A stretch of DNA of 64,000 nt from a virus (taxonomy: Duplodnaviria > Caudoviricetes). The DNA lies in IMG/VR virus record IMGVR_UViG_3300042363_001486. One strand, given 5' to 3'. Below are positions 37,431 to 47,371 of this stretch, in pieces (position 1 is the first letter of the stretch; each line of letters opens with the position of its first letter). Under the pieces are notes generated by a model. The model searched no databases. It was given only the letters and a program-made list of their open reading frames with translations, and had not been told where the DNA came from. Made by a program: the position numbers and the translations under genes.

Positions 37431-38075
37431 TTAACCTACGTTCAACGATCCAGTACTGGTTGTTGATACAACACCAGTATCGCCTCGACCAACAAATGTA
37501 CCAACACCAGTACCTAATGGAGTCTGTAATGCATTGTCAAAGCGGATAGTTAATGCAATGCTAACAACTTCGTTTGAAGCATAGTTCAAATCGTTGTAGT
37601 TTGCTGCTTGAAGGAAACAACCATATATTTCCCAAGTTTCTAATACTGTCGGAGTTAATGCTCCATTGCCACCATCAAGAATCTCGCAACGTGTCAGAAA
37701 CTTGTAGTCGCCGCTACTGCGTGCCGAAGCTTGTTCATAGAAATCCAACTGCTTCTGCAACTGCTCTCCTACCAGGCGTTGAACTTGTCCGCTAGCATCG
37801 TCGCGCAGATTGAGTGTAAGATCTTCCCATGAGTGCTTGCCGGCAAGTCTCAATTTAGAGTTGTACAAATCAATAGTGATATCCTCAAACGACACCGACG
37901 GTCTTGTGAAGTCAACCACTTGTTTAGTTAATTCTGTTCTAGGTGTACTTACACCAAAGTTTTCAAGTGTCACTCGAAAGCGATACTTGAGTTTAGGCAT
38001 CAGTAGACCTTGTGTTGGACTGGATTGATCGCTTGCCAACGGCACTGTCATTCTGGTTAGTGATGAAACGGCCAT
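37431..38075 (-). CDS. gp19: Tail tube protein (gp19-like)
   Basis: PKLKYRFRV, RP, AGKHSW, WEIYGCF, LTIRFD; immediately after the sheath. Confidence 0.85.
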   Translation of the reverse strand: MAVSSLTRMTVPLASDQSSPTQGLLMPKLKYRFRVTLENFGVSTPRTELTKQVVDFTRPSVSFEDITIDLYNSKLRLAGKHSWEDLTLNLRDDASGQVQRLVGEQLQKQLDFYEQASARSSGDYKFLTRCEILDGGNGALTPTVLETWEIYGCFLQAANYNDLNYASNEVVSIALTIRFDNALQTPLGTGVGTFVGRGDTGVVSTTSTGSLNVG

Positions 38076-38118
38076 AATGTATATCTCCTATATGCAATTA
38101 TTTATGATCTTTTCGATC

Positions 38119-38150
38119 AAAAAAAATGGGGTAATTAAACCCCATTTTTT
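38119..38150 (-). terminator. Bidirectional Rho-independent terminator after the sheath gene
   Basis: AAAAAATGGGG-taattaaa-CCCCATTTTTT. Confidence 0.8.
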
Positions 38151-38165
38151 ATGTGCTGCACATTG

Positions 38166-41100
38166 TTAAACAGCAGAAGAACTTGCTATATTACCTGAAG
38201 CAATTTCGCCAGTGTTCTTGATACGCACTGGAATGTAAATAAATTCCACTGCCTTAACTGGTTCGATTGCAATATCAACATAAAGTTCATTACGATCAAT
38301 ACGTGCTGGTGTATTGTTGCTGAGATCGCAGACAACCAAGTAATCGTAGATACCACGCTTGTTTTGCAAGTCAATCATCAAACCTGTGATAGCATTGGTG
38401 ATTTCGTTACGTGTGATCTGATCGTTTGGCTCAAACACAAATGCATTAGCAATCTGCTCAAGTCTAGCACGAATAAATGCTACCAAACGTGCCACGTTAA
38501 TACGATCCAACGCACTCGGGCTGCTAGCCACTGTCTTGTTACCGTAGTTGACAATACCAGAACCTGGAATAAAGGTAATGGGGTTGATACGATTTTCGTA
38601 CAAGACATCTCTTACACCTTGGCCGGTTGCAATTGTAACAAACTCGCCAGTTTGAGCATTGATATAACCCAGACGTGCAGCATTGTCTACTAAACCACGA
38701 CGTGTGCCTGCAGGTGCTAACCACGGATAGGCAATCTGATCGCTACGAACAATAGTACGCAGCATCATGTGACTTGGTGGCTGAACAACAGGGCTTCCGC
38801 TGAGGTCATTTGTTTGGCAACTGGGATAAAACACGCCTACATATGGATCTCCCAGTTGTATGCTGTCTCCGGCTGGAACGCCAAGACCGTTATTATTGGT
38901 TGCCCATGTTACCAAACTATTGCCCGAAGCGTCAAGTCTTAACGGTGTATCACCAATAACAAATCCTGTATTGCTGCGCTCGTTGTTGAGGGCAGTCATA
39001 TTGGGGATTAATTCTGGGTACTGTGGGCAAGAAAGCAAATTGAACACGTTTTGTTCTTCGCGCAAGGTTGCTTGAGAATCAATTGCAGCCTTTAACTGTT
39101 GTACCACAATTGCGCGAACTGCTAATCTACCCATGTACGGTGATCCGTCTATGCGATTTCCACTAGCTGTTACCCAAGCATTGGTTTCTAGCACTGCCCA
39201 GTAGGCAGTATTAGTAGGTAAATTACCAGTACCTGCTTGAATAGCAACATAGATAACGCCGTTGTATATAACCTTGTTATTAACAACATAAGCTGTACCG
39301 TTGTCGTAAGGTGAAACACTAAAAGCAGTTGCAGTAAAATAGTCAGGCTGGAATGTCTTAACATTAAAACCATTGCGGCGTGTGTTCCACAGCAGTGTGC
39401 CTGCAGGATAAACAGCAGGATTAGGTGCATCAATATCCAAATAGTTGCTGGTCAACAGACTTAAAATAGTCGGCAGTGCACCAGTGATAGGGTCAGTAGT
39501 GCCGTTGGTTGCCCAACGAGCATCGGCAAACAAAATACCATTTGAAGTAGTTTGATCAGCATTGTCAATAGCGACCCATTGATCAACGTTGGAGACAGAC
39601 TGCCAACGATATAGAACTGGATAAAGTTCGAGATTGCTGACATCTACCCATAGATCACCGTAAACCAATGGTGTTCCATCAGTTTGTGCAATTGGTGCAG
39701 ACGCAGAAATAATTGGTCCAGTGGAATTGGTTAAAGCCAAGTTATAGCCACGGACATCATTGGTTACGTTTTGATATCCTACCCAAGAACCGTTGTTGTT
39801 GATCATGATATCTACTTGATCAGTGGCAGAATAGTACCAGTATTGACCTGCATCAGGATCTTGATCTGGTGCTACATCGCTAGCAACATAAACTAATGCT
39901 TCCCAATTACTTAAAATCAATGATCCGTCGGTACCTGCACGAACTCCGTCTACTGAAGTGTCAAAACCAGCTGCAGTGACCGGAGTGCCTGTTACGTTCT
40001 TTAGTACAATCACGCCACCGTCAGTCTGTGTAAACACAATAGAACCTGTCGACGCTACTGTTGCAGAAACACCAGGAACGTTAGCAGCCGAAACTGCAGC
40101 AACAAAATCAGCAGCAGTTGTTCCGGCAAGTGTTACTGTTGCAGCCGCAGTTAATGCGGAACTGTTAATCTGGCTAGTTTGAATTGTAAATGTGTTGCCA
40201 TTTACAAATACCGGAGTTGCTACTGATCCAAAAACAATAGTTGCACCTGTGGTAACTCTTTCAAACAGCTTCATTGTGAATGTGTTGTTGAAACCGTTAG
40301 ATACTGACTCTGGGCTCACATTGTACTGAGTGTATAATGTGCCGGCAGGAATATTTTTACCGCCGCCAACAGGATCTAATACAGCATTAGCACTTTGATC
40401 ATCAGCATATAATGGAGCTGGTTTAGCAATAAAAGAAGCAACAGCAGTGCTGTATTCTTTAATACTGATAGCAGCACCTTGATTAGGAGCGGTTGTTTTA
40501 TTCCAGATAGAACCAGTTGGACGTGGTTGAGTATCTGTTGATCTCCAAAGAGGAACTGTAAAGTTAGGACTTTGCTGCAGTGCAGGTGCGTAATACAATC
40601 CGCTGACAATACCCAAAGTTGTCAAAAGTCCGGCAGTACTTGCTGGATCAATATTGATAACGCCGCCGTTGGCCGAAGAACCATCGCTCTCAGCGTCGCT
40701 GTCGGCTAACAGTACCAAACGATTGCTGGAATCTGCTACAGCAGTTACTCCAGCAATAGCAGCAGCATTAATAGCTGACACCAGTGCTGCCAAAGTAGTA
40801 GTACCGGGAACAGCCACACTAGAACCGTTGATAACAATAGTATTGCCGGTAGTTAGTGCTGAACCAATGACTGATTCAGTGCCTTGAACTGTTGGCCATG
40901 ATTTCTTCCAGTCGTCTGATCCCACCAACACCCACTCGTTGGCGCTGTTTTTGTAGTAAAGCGGGTTACTGCTATTGGTGGCAACTACAGCATATCCGCC
41001 AATCGAGCCAATACTGTCGGCAGGAATTCCGCCGTCTAATTGAGCAGTGTCAGTGATTACAATCGGAGCGATAACAGTAAATGCACCAGTGGTTTGATTC

Positions 41101-41546
41101 CACTGATTAATACCCCAGGCTGTAACTGTTGTATCTAACCAATAAGTTCCATTGTCAGGAGCTCCTGTTGGTCGTACCAAACTGGCAGTTAACGCAGCTA
41201 AGTCAATATCAGCACGTTGAATGTATGCACGGTTAGTAAGACCCAATACCGAATGAGCTGCCAATAGTCCGTATTCATTAAGTTCATAGCCGTTGATGGG
41301 GGTGCCGTTGCTGGTCTTATAAAAAGTTGGATTACCAAATGTGGCAGCCAAATCTCGTTGACTTGTGATTAAATAAACATTGTTGGCATTTTCAGCCAAG
41401 GTACCAGGAGCAACGTTGAGTCCTGTTCCAGAAATTTTGTCTTGTGCTGTTGCCAGCAAGATATAAGGTACTGAATTTGTACCTGCTGGTAGATAGCTGG
41501 ATTCGTCGATGACGGTTACTTCTACGCCGGGGGATACTAGTGCCAT
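38166..41546 (-). CDS. gp18: Tail sheath protein (gp18-like) with large insertions
   Basis: MALVSPGVEVTVIDES start; PWLAPAGTRRG, INPI, LDRINVARL, FVFEPND, IEPVKAVEFIYIP. Confidence 0.93.
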   Translation of the reverse strand: MALVSPGVEVTVIDESSYLPAGTNSVPYILLATAQDKISGTGLNVAPGTLAENANNVYLITSQRDLAATFGNPTFYKTSNGTPINGYELNEYGLLAAHSVLGLTNRAYIQRADIDLAALTASLVRPTGAPDNGTYWLDTTVTAWGINQWNQTTGAFTVIAPIVITDTAQLDGGIPADSIGSIGGYAVVATNSSNPLYYKNSANEWVLVGSDDWKKSWPTVQGTESVIGSALTTGNTIVINGSSVAVPGTTTLAALVSAINAAAIAGVTAVADSSNRLVLLADSDAESDGSSANGGVINIDPASTAGLLTTLGIVSGLYYAPALQQSPNFTVPLWRSTDTQPRPTGSIWNKTTAPNQGAAISIKEYSTAVASFIAKPAPLYADDQSANAVLDPVGGGKNIPAGTLYTQYNVSPESVSNGFNNTFTMKLFERVTTGATIVFGSVATPVFVNGNTFTIQTSQINSSALTAAATVTLAGTTAADFVAAVSAANVPGVSATVASTGSIVFTQTDGGVIVLKNVTGTPVTAAGFDTSVDGVRAGTDGSLILSNWEALVYVASDVAPDQDPDAGQYWYYSATDQVDIMINNNGSWVGYQNVTNDVRGYNLALTNSTGPIISASAPIAQTDGTPLVYGDLWVDVSNLELYPVLYRWQSVSNVDQWVAIDNADQTTSNGILFADARWATNGTTDPITGALPTILSLLTSNYLDIDAPNPAVYPAGTLLWNTRRNGFNVKTFQPDYFTATAFSVSPYDNGTAYVVNNKVIYNGVIYVAIQAGTGNLPTNTAYWAVLETNAWVTASGNRIDGSPYMGRLAVRAIVVQQLKAAIDSQATLREEQNVFNLLSCPQYPELIPNMTALNNERSNTGFVIGDTPLRLDASGNSLVTWATNNNGLGVPAGDSIQLGDPYVGVFYPSCQTNDLSGSPVVQPPSHMMLRTIVRSDQIAYPWLAPAGTRRGLVDNAARLGYINAQTGEFVTIATGQGVRDVLYENRINPITFIPGSGIVNYGNKTVASSPSALDRINVARLVAFIRARLEQIANAFVFEPNDQITRNEITNAITGLMIDLQNKRGIYDYLVVCDLSNNTPARIDRNELYVDIAIEPVKAVEFIYIPVRIKNTGEIASGNIASSSAV

Positions 41547-41574
41547 AATGTTATCCTTTTAAATGGGTTAACAA

Positions 41575-41640
41575 TATTTATAGCATTGACAAAAAAGTCG
41601 CCGGTTATGAATGCCTATATATAGGTTTATAGTATAAATA
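41575..41640. promoter_or_regulatory. Divergent late promoters TATAAATA (41575-41582 minus; 41633-41640 plus)
   Basis: Exact T4 late consensus on both strands. Confidence 0.75.
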
Positions 41641-41645
41641 CCCAC

Positions 41646-42002
41646 ATGATAACCAGACCTTTTTGTGAAGTCTGCGGCACAAGACCGCGTGCTGTGGCCT
41701 ATCACAAGTACGAACGTGTTTATTACAGAAGTAGGTGCAACTTTTGTATTAGACGCCATCGGAAATTGAAACCACAAGTGCCAAGATGGTCTGCTGCAGG
41801 ATACAAGAAAAAACCCGCATGTGATAGATGCGGTTTTCGGGCTAGGCACCATAGTCAGTTAGCTGTGTATCACGTCAATGGTAATCTCAACGATTGTGAT
41901 ACAAAAAACTTAAAAACGGTGTGTTTAAACTGTGTGGCGGAAGTGGTTAGATTAGAGTTGCCGTGGAGACGCGGAGATCTCGAACCAGATCATCGACACT
42001 AG
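41646..42002 (+). CDS. Zinc-binding HNH-like protein
   Basis: Four CxxC motifs and HVNGN...NL..VCLNC. Confidence 0.7.
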   Translation: MITRPFCEVCGTRPRAVAYHKYERVYYRSRCNFCIRRHRKLKPQVPRWSAAGYKKKPACDRCGFRARHHSQLAVYHVNGNLNDCDTKNLKTVCLNCVAEVVRLELPWRRGDLEPDHRH

Positions 42003-42594
42003 TATACAGCTGACTGATTAGTCCGTTGTTGTCGAGAATTACATCAAATTCTGTACCGATCCAGGCAGTTTCGCTAGCATGAACTTTTAATCTGGTTAAC
42101 TCAAATTTAGATTTTTCACATTTTTCTAAATTTTCTTTTAAAGCAAGATTGTACCAATCAGGTTCGGGTCCACGAACCACTCTAATAATTTTTCCTCCAG
42201 CACGCCTGATAGATTCGATTTCGTTAGGAAAACGACAGTCACTGATCACGATATCGTCCCGACTGTTACGGAGTTTGTTTTCTAAACTGGCAATCCAGAT
42301 ATTGTCGTGAAAATTACGGCGACAAACTTCTGTACCCCAATACTGTAAAACCCACCGAGGAGTCAAATTTGGCATGTTTAAGCGGTCTGCCCACCAAGCG
42401 TCTACCTGTTCGCGCCACTCTCTAGCTTCCTTTGTCCGTCCTTCCAACAAGGTGCGATCCCACCCAAACACCGCGGCCACTGCATCTTTTAGTGTTCCAG
42501 CAAAACTTTCGCGTCTGAATTCGTGCATGTTAACAAGACAGTCTGCAACTGTATCTTTGCCTGCTCCAATTAGTCCGCAAATTCCAACGATCAT
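41947..42594 (-). CDS. gp1: Deoxynucleoside monophosphate kinase (T4 gp1-like)
   Basis: GLIGAGKDT P-loop, FAGTLKD, TPRWVLQYWGTE, DCRFPNE, HASE. Confidence 0.9.
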   Translation of the reverse strand: MIVGICGLIGAGKDTVADCLVNMHEFRRESFAGTLKDAVAAVFGWDRTLLEGRTKEAREWREQVDAWWADRLNMPNLTPRWVLQYWGTEVCRRNFHDNIWIASLENKLRNSRDDIVISDCRFPNEIESIRRAGGKIIRVVRGPEPDWYNLALKENLEKCEKSKFELTRLKVHASETAWIGTEFDVILDNNGLISQLYTSVDDLVRDLRVSTATLI

Positions 42595-43112
42595 GATAGT
42601 TCCTTAACGTTCAAATGTCTAAGTGTTGCTTGCACTAGATCAATCTGCTTGCGACAATCTTCTAGCGCATGGTGTGTTGTAGGAGGTTTGGGTCGATTAG
42701 GCCATACGCTACAAAGTGTTCGGCTGTCACGTACTGAATAAAATTGCCAAGGAATGGGTTTGTTATAGCTTTTGTAAGCATGTTCTAAAATGTTCATGTC
42801 ATACGTAGGGCCTTGGGCCCAGACACGCTTACTATGCCAGATCAATCGTCCTAACTCGTCTAGTGCCTGATCCAATGGTAAACGATCGGATTCGCCGAAC
42901 GCTTCGTCTCGAGCATGAGCAGGCTGGGTTGCCCACCAATCTATTGTGCTTTGTTGAATGCTTCGAGACTCTTGGCTTTCTAGAGTGATGCGAGCGTAGT
43001 AATGTTGATCGTAATAACCTGTGCCCAAGGGGTCAAATGCCTGAGCAGCAATAGTTAGAATAGCAGTATCTGGGCCTGTTCCCAAGCCTTCCAAGTCGAT
43101 CATCAAGTCCAT
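42591..43112 (-). CDS. 3'-5' exonuclease (DEDDh, DexA-like)
   Basis: MIDLE, WAQGPTYD, RDSRT, HHALED. Confidence 0.85.
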   Translation of the reverse strand: MDLMIDLEGLGTGPDTAILTIAAQAFDPLGTGYYDQHYYARITLESQESRSIQQSTIDWWATQPAHARDEAFGESDRLPLDQALDELGRLIWHSKRVWAQGPTYDMNILEHAYKSYNKPIPWQFYSVRDSRTLCSVWPNRPKPPTTHHALEDCRKQIDLVQATLRHLNVKELS

Positions 43113-43117
43113 GCTGT

Positions 43118-43146
43118 ATTATAGCAGTACTTGTGACGTGTGTCTA
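43118..43146 (-). promoter_or_regulatory. Sigma70-type promoter TAGACA-17-TATAAT, 5 nt from the ATG (leaderless)
   Basis: Direct reading of the upstream sequence. Confidence 0.7.
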
Positions 43147-43422
43147 TCGGTATTTGTTCAGACGAGCTGCTAATTTGGCTGCTGGATTAATTCTTTTTGT
43201 GCGGGCAGTCCGACGACTTTGACGTACTTTGGTTTTTTGACGAGTCTTTTTCATGCGCTGACTGGCAGCCATATCAGGAGCAGCCGAGCAGTCTGTTGCA
43301 CGAGCTACAGTTCTACCTTTTCTAGGACCTGATTCGCAACGCCATTTTAAACTGACTTGACCAGTTTTGACATTGCGTTTCCACACCATACGATGTTCTG
43401 TAACAAATTCTGTTGCTCTCAT
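43144..43422 (-). CDS. Small very basic protein with a capsid-targeting-like N-terminus
   Basis: Starts MRATEFVTE at a TAATG overlap with the gp13 stop; R/K-rich. Confidence 0.65.
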   Translation of the reverse strand: MRATEFVTEHRMVWKRNVKTGQVSLKWRCESGPRKGRTVARATDCSAAPDMAASQRMKKTRQKTKVRQSRRTARTKRINPAAKLAARLNKYR

Positions 43423-44186
43423 TATCCAATCACAAATGAAAGTGGCTGCGAAGCATCTACATACAGCTTGAGATCTTCCAAGCACCGGTCCATTATGGCC
43501 TGGCCTTCACTTTTCATAGCAGCACCATTCAAGGTAGATCCACCTTGTGGTCCAGCAATTGAAGCAAACTTTTCTCTAGCTTCGCCAATAATGTACTTGC
43601 AAGCACCTACCATGTAGTCACGAATCCATTGACTAATCTGAAAATCGCTCAACAACACAATTTCAGGACGCAGATTGTAGGTCCACAACAACACAACTTC
43701 TCCGGTACCCTTTGGATCGCGAATTAGTTGCAGACGCTTAGTAACAGGATTCCATGTATAATTGATATAGCCACCAAACATTCTGGCGGCCAATTCTACG
43801 TACTGTTGATAAAAGTCGTACGTGGCCAAACTGCCGCCGGACTGATTAAAATTCAACAAGTAAACATTTAATGTTGCAGCGCCGAACGGATCAAAACTGC
43901 TGGCACTGCCCCCGGTTCCAAGACCAATGGTTCTGCGAAAAATTTGGCGTACCTGTGTGACTTCTTGCGGCAGAGTGTACTCATTGACATTGTCAATCAG
44001 TTCCATGAAGCTGTAGCTTTCTTCGTAGGCATTCTGCGCACGTTGACGATATGTACCAATGGTCTTTTGATACGCAGCTTCGTAATGTGCTGGGTCTAGC
44101 TCAACATCAATAATTTGATTGGCCAACTGCAGTTGTACATAATCAATTAACTGCTTTTTTAACGGGTCTAGCGTTTGATCTGCCAT
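43422..44186 (-). CDS. gp13: Neck protein (T4 gp13-like)
   Basis: IDVELD, GEAREKF...GPQGG..LNG motif, C-terminal FVIG. Confidence 0.8.
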   Translation of the reverse strand: MADQTLDPLKKQLIDYVQLQLANQIIDVELDPAHYEAAYQKTIGTYRQRAQNAYEESYSFMELIDNVNEYTLPQEVTQVRQIFRRTIGLGTGGSASSFDPFGAATLNVYLLNFNQSGGSLATYDFYQQYVELAARMFGGYINYTWNPVTKRLQLIRDPKGTGEVVLLWTYNLRPEIVLLSDFQISQWIRDYMVGACKYIIGEAREKFASIAGPQGGSTLNGAAMKSEGQAIMDRCLEDLKLYVDASQPLSFVIG

Positions 44187-44208
44187 ACGGGGCTCCTTGC
44201 CCCAGTAT

Positions 44209-45354
44209 TTAGTAGCATTTTAGTATAATGAGATTCTCATTTCCACGTCCGTTAAACTTGACTTCAGTGGCTTTGATTTCTTTAAATGCTTTTCTAGCAG
44301 CCGGTTTGCCCACACTGGTTATACTTTTGATCTGTTCTGCAGGCTTACGCAGTGTTTTTTGTACACTAGCAGCAGTATCAAATCCAATGATGCTGGATCC
44401 TTTGATAGTTAATGTACCCACATGAGTATCTGCTACCAAGTGGATTAGCTTTCTTTTGGCTGTGTCGTACAACCAAGCTTCGGTGGCGCCCACTAACCGA
44501 GCAGCAGATTCTCCCTGCAGTTTGAGTTCTGCAAACTCTCGCAGGTGCTTGAATTTGGCTGCAATTTTTTCTGGAGACGCTGCCTTTTTGGCACGTGGTT
44601 TGCGTTCAACTTTCTTAATTTGAATGTAAGCACCGCAGTCATTGATTACTGTTTCTGCAAACTTCACTAAGTTTTTAATTTGCAGTTTGCCGAGATGACT
44701 GTATCCTTCCACCAGTTGAGAGTCTTTGCCAGCTAACACTGCTTCTAGTTCGGTTAACCGAGCCTTCCACACAGTTGCAATTTCATTTACCATTTGCGGT
44801 GCTACGTTCATGCTGCGCAACAAACTAACAGGCTTGTAGTTGGCTGACATTTTGGCACCAGCTGTAATCATGTCATCGTACATGCCCTCCAACTCTCCCG
44901 CAGTTTCGATCATTTTTTCACGCAGTCGATCTTGGATGTTGGGACGAACTACTGCAGTTTCTGCTAATTCGATTACTTCTTTAACACGACGATATGCTTC
45001 AATGTAGTCAGCAATGGCAGCATTGACTGCGGCTAATTCTGGTTCCTGTAACTCAAGTCCTCGCAGGTTAGCTCTACATAACCAACCAATGCCCATTCTG
45101 GTAACAGCATTTTCAGGAACTCGAGCAAAATCCTTAGCTTCTGCTGTGCGTCCATTGCGCGACAACCAGTCAATAATACATTCTCTAGCTTCTTTTTTGC
45201 TGTGATAATAGTTGTACCAATTAAACATTGCTGTCAATCGACTTTTTCTGAAATCTTCATCGGGCTGCTGCTTCCATTCTGGTTCAGGACCAGTGCCGAC
45301 ATCTAAGCTACGCGGGGTCATAGATTTCAATGGTTTAGAGGCAGAATTTTTCAT
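44209..45354 (-). CDS. Hypothetical phage protein
   Basis: 381 aa with own sigma70 promoter (TTGACT-17-TATATT, 45388-45416); KTLRKP and GRGNE motifs. Confidence 0.75.
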   Translation of the reverse strand: MKNSASKPLKSMTPRSLDVGTGPEPEWKQQPDEDFRKSRLTAMFNWYNYYHSKKEARECIIDWLSRNGRTAEAKDFARVPENAVTRMGIGWLCRANLRGLELQEPELAAVNAAIADYIEAYRRVKEVIELAETAVVRPNIQDRLREKMIETAGELEGMYDDMITAGAKMSANYKPVSLLRSMNVAPQMVNEIATVWKARLTELEAVLAGKDSQLVEGYSHLGKLQIKNLVKFAETVINDCGAYIQIKKVERKPRAKKAASPEKIAAKFKHLREFAELKLQGESAARLVGATEAWLYDTAKRKLIHLVADTHVGTLTIKGSSIIGFDTAASVQKTLRKPAEQIKSITSVGKPAARKAFKEIKATEVKFNGRGNENLIILKCY

Positions 45355-45479
45355 GTGATTTCCTAAAGATTTTTGAAGTTACACAATAATATAACACAAT
45401 CTGAGTATGTAGTCAACCGCGCCAATTTCCAACTAAATACACAATGATTTTTACCAGAACACATTGATCGGGAATACAG

Positions 45480-46853
45480 ATGCCTAGACTCAGCCTTTAT
45501 AGGCCTAATAAAACCAACGACTTTCGATTTTTTGATCGCACCATCAGCGAAATGTTTACTGTTGGCGGACTTGATATATTTGTTCACAAGTACCTGGGGC
45601 CTAAGGTCTTGCCCGATGATGGTGCCAACGGCGATGCTACTCAACCGGTATATCCTACAACCAGTCCTTTGTTTGTCGAGGATCTTCTACTGGGAGAAAT
45701 ACGCGATCGTTCGTATGATCCTGATATCTATCGCATGCGGGGTGTTTATCGTCAACAGGATATTGATTTTGATTTAACTCAGTTTGGATTGTTTTTAAAC
45801 AACGATACCTTGTTTATCACCTTTCACTATAATGATATGATCGATACATTCCAGCGAAAATTAATGGCCGGTGATGTGTTGGAATTTCCTAACTTAAAAG
45901 ACTGGAATCCGTTAAATCCCGAAACTCCTCCTTTGCCGCGTTTCTATGTCATTCAAGATGCTGCATTTGCATCCGAAGGATTTAGTCAGACCTGGTTGCC
46001 GCATCTGTGGAGAGTTAAAGCCACGCCGCTGACCAATAGTCAAGAGTATCAAGACATTGTTAATAGACCTGCTACATCGGGCCCAATATGGGATCCAGGA
46101 AATTTTTATCCTGGAGGCAGCATTGTCCAGGATGGCGACAACTGGTACGAAGCTGAACAGAACGTGCCGCCTGGTACAGAAATCGGTGATACCGATTATT
46201 GGACTCCGATTGATCCGCCTACAGTTGAAGATGTGCAGAGTACTAGACCCAAAGATTTGGAAATCAATGATGCTATCTTAGTACAAGCCGAAGTAGAAGT
46301 GCCGTTGTCGGGTTACGATACAGTTAGATTCTACATATTCCCGACCAATCCTGACGGTACTCCTGCTAACCCAAACAGCATTACTATTGATAGTACCAAT
46401 GTCAATGCCGATCAATCCGGTGTCAACAGTGCCGATGCCAGTCAGACTCCCAGGGCCGACGGTTACACCATGGGCTATCTCACCGGAGATGGAATAGCAC
46501 CCAATGGATTACCGGTAACACCAGGTGTTAATTTTCCGTCTAATCCGCGCGAAGGCGAGTATGCATTGAGATTGGATTATTTTCCGAATCGCTTGTTTAG
46601 ATACGATGGACGTCGCTGGATTAAGATAGAGGAAAAAGTGAGAACCAACTTGACCAACGGGCCGCAGAACAATACTTTACGCTCAACATTTGTAAACAAT
46701 ACATACACTACACCAACAACCGATCAGGGCAACATACCAAGTCGTCAAAGTTTGAGCGACATACTGAAACCACAAGCTGACAACGGTAATCAAGGCGGTG
46801 ACAAGCCAGCCAATCCTTATCCTGGTACACAACCAGGTCAACCATCGAGTTAA
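45480..46853 (+). CDS. gp14: Neck/head-completion protein (T4 gp14-like) with extra domains
   Basis: LTQFGL, GDVLEFP; near gp13 and upstream of gp15; late motif at 45434. Confidence 0.65.
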   Translation: MPRLSLYRPNKTNDFRFFDRTISEMFTVGGLDIFVHKYLGPKVLPDDGANGDATQPVYPTTSPLFVEDLLLGEIRDRSYDPDIYRMRGVYRQQDIDFDLTQFGLFLNNDTLFITFHYNDMIDTFQRKLMAGDVLEFPNLKDWNPLNPETPPLPRFYVIQDAAFASEGFSQTWLPHLWRVKATPLTNSQEYQDIVNRPATSGPIWDPGNFYPGGSIVQDGDNWYEAEQNVPPGTEIGDTDYWTPIDPPTVEDVQSTRPKDLEINDAILVQAEVEVPLSGYDTVRFYIFPTNPDGTPANPNSITIDSTNVNADQSGVNSADASQTPRADGYTMGYLTGDGIAPNGLPVTPGVNFPSNPREGEYALRLDYFPNRLFRYDGRRWIKIEEKVRTNLTNGPQNNTLRSTFVNNTYTTPTTDQGNIPSRQSLSDILKPQADNGNQGGDKPANPYPGTQPGQPSS

Positions 46854-46855
46854 AA

Positions 46856-47371
46856 ATGTATATCTACAAAATTACTAATCTGGCGAACCAGAAAGTTTAC
46901 ATAGGTCAGACTGTACAAAAAAATCCTAAGATGCGCTGGTACAGTCACCAGGCAGATTCAAGAAAAGGAAAAAAAAGTTATCTTTATGATAGTATACGAA
47001 AACACGGTATTGATAACTTTACATGGGAAGTAATTGATGTAGCTTCTGATATAGATACTCTAAATTACAAAGAAGAATATTGGTTAACATACTATCGTAA
47101 TCTAGGTGTAGTATATAATAATCGAGGAGCCGGCGGTAATAAAATACATAGCGAAAAGAGCATCTTAAAGATGCAAGAATCGCAAAGACAAGCACATGAT
47201 CGGCGTCGGAAAATGATGGGAGGAAAGGAAATACACAAATCACATCAACCTCATAAAGGAGGTTGGAATCAAAGAAGAGTGTCGTGTCTTTGCTGTAAAA
47301 AAAATATCGGTATCAATGTGTTTGTTGCATACCACGGTAATAAATGTAAGTCTTACGGAGTTATTCTATAA
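46856..47371 (+). mobile_element. Free-standing GIY-YIG homing endonuclease gene (Seg-like)
   Basis: MYIYKITN...VYIGQT, R..H, E..W, YN..GG, C-terminal CxxC...H...C; visibly AT-richer than its flanks. Confidence 0.85.
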
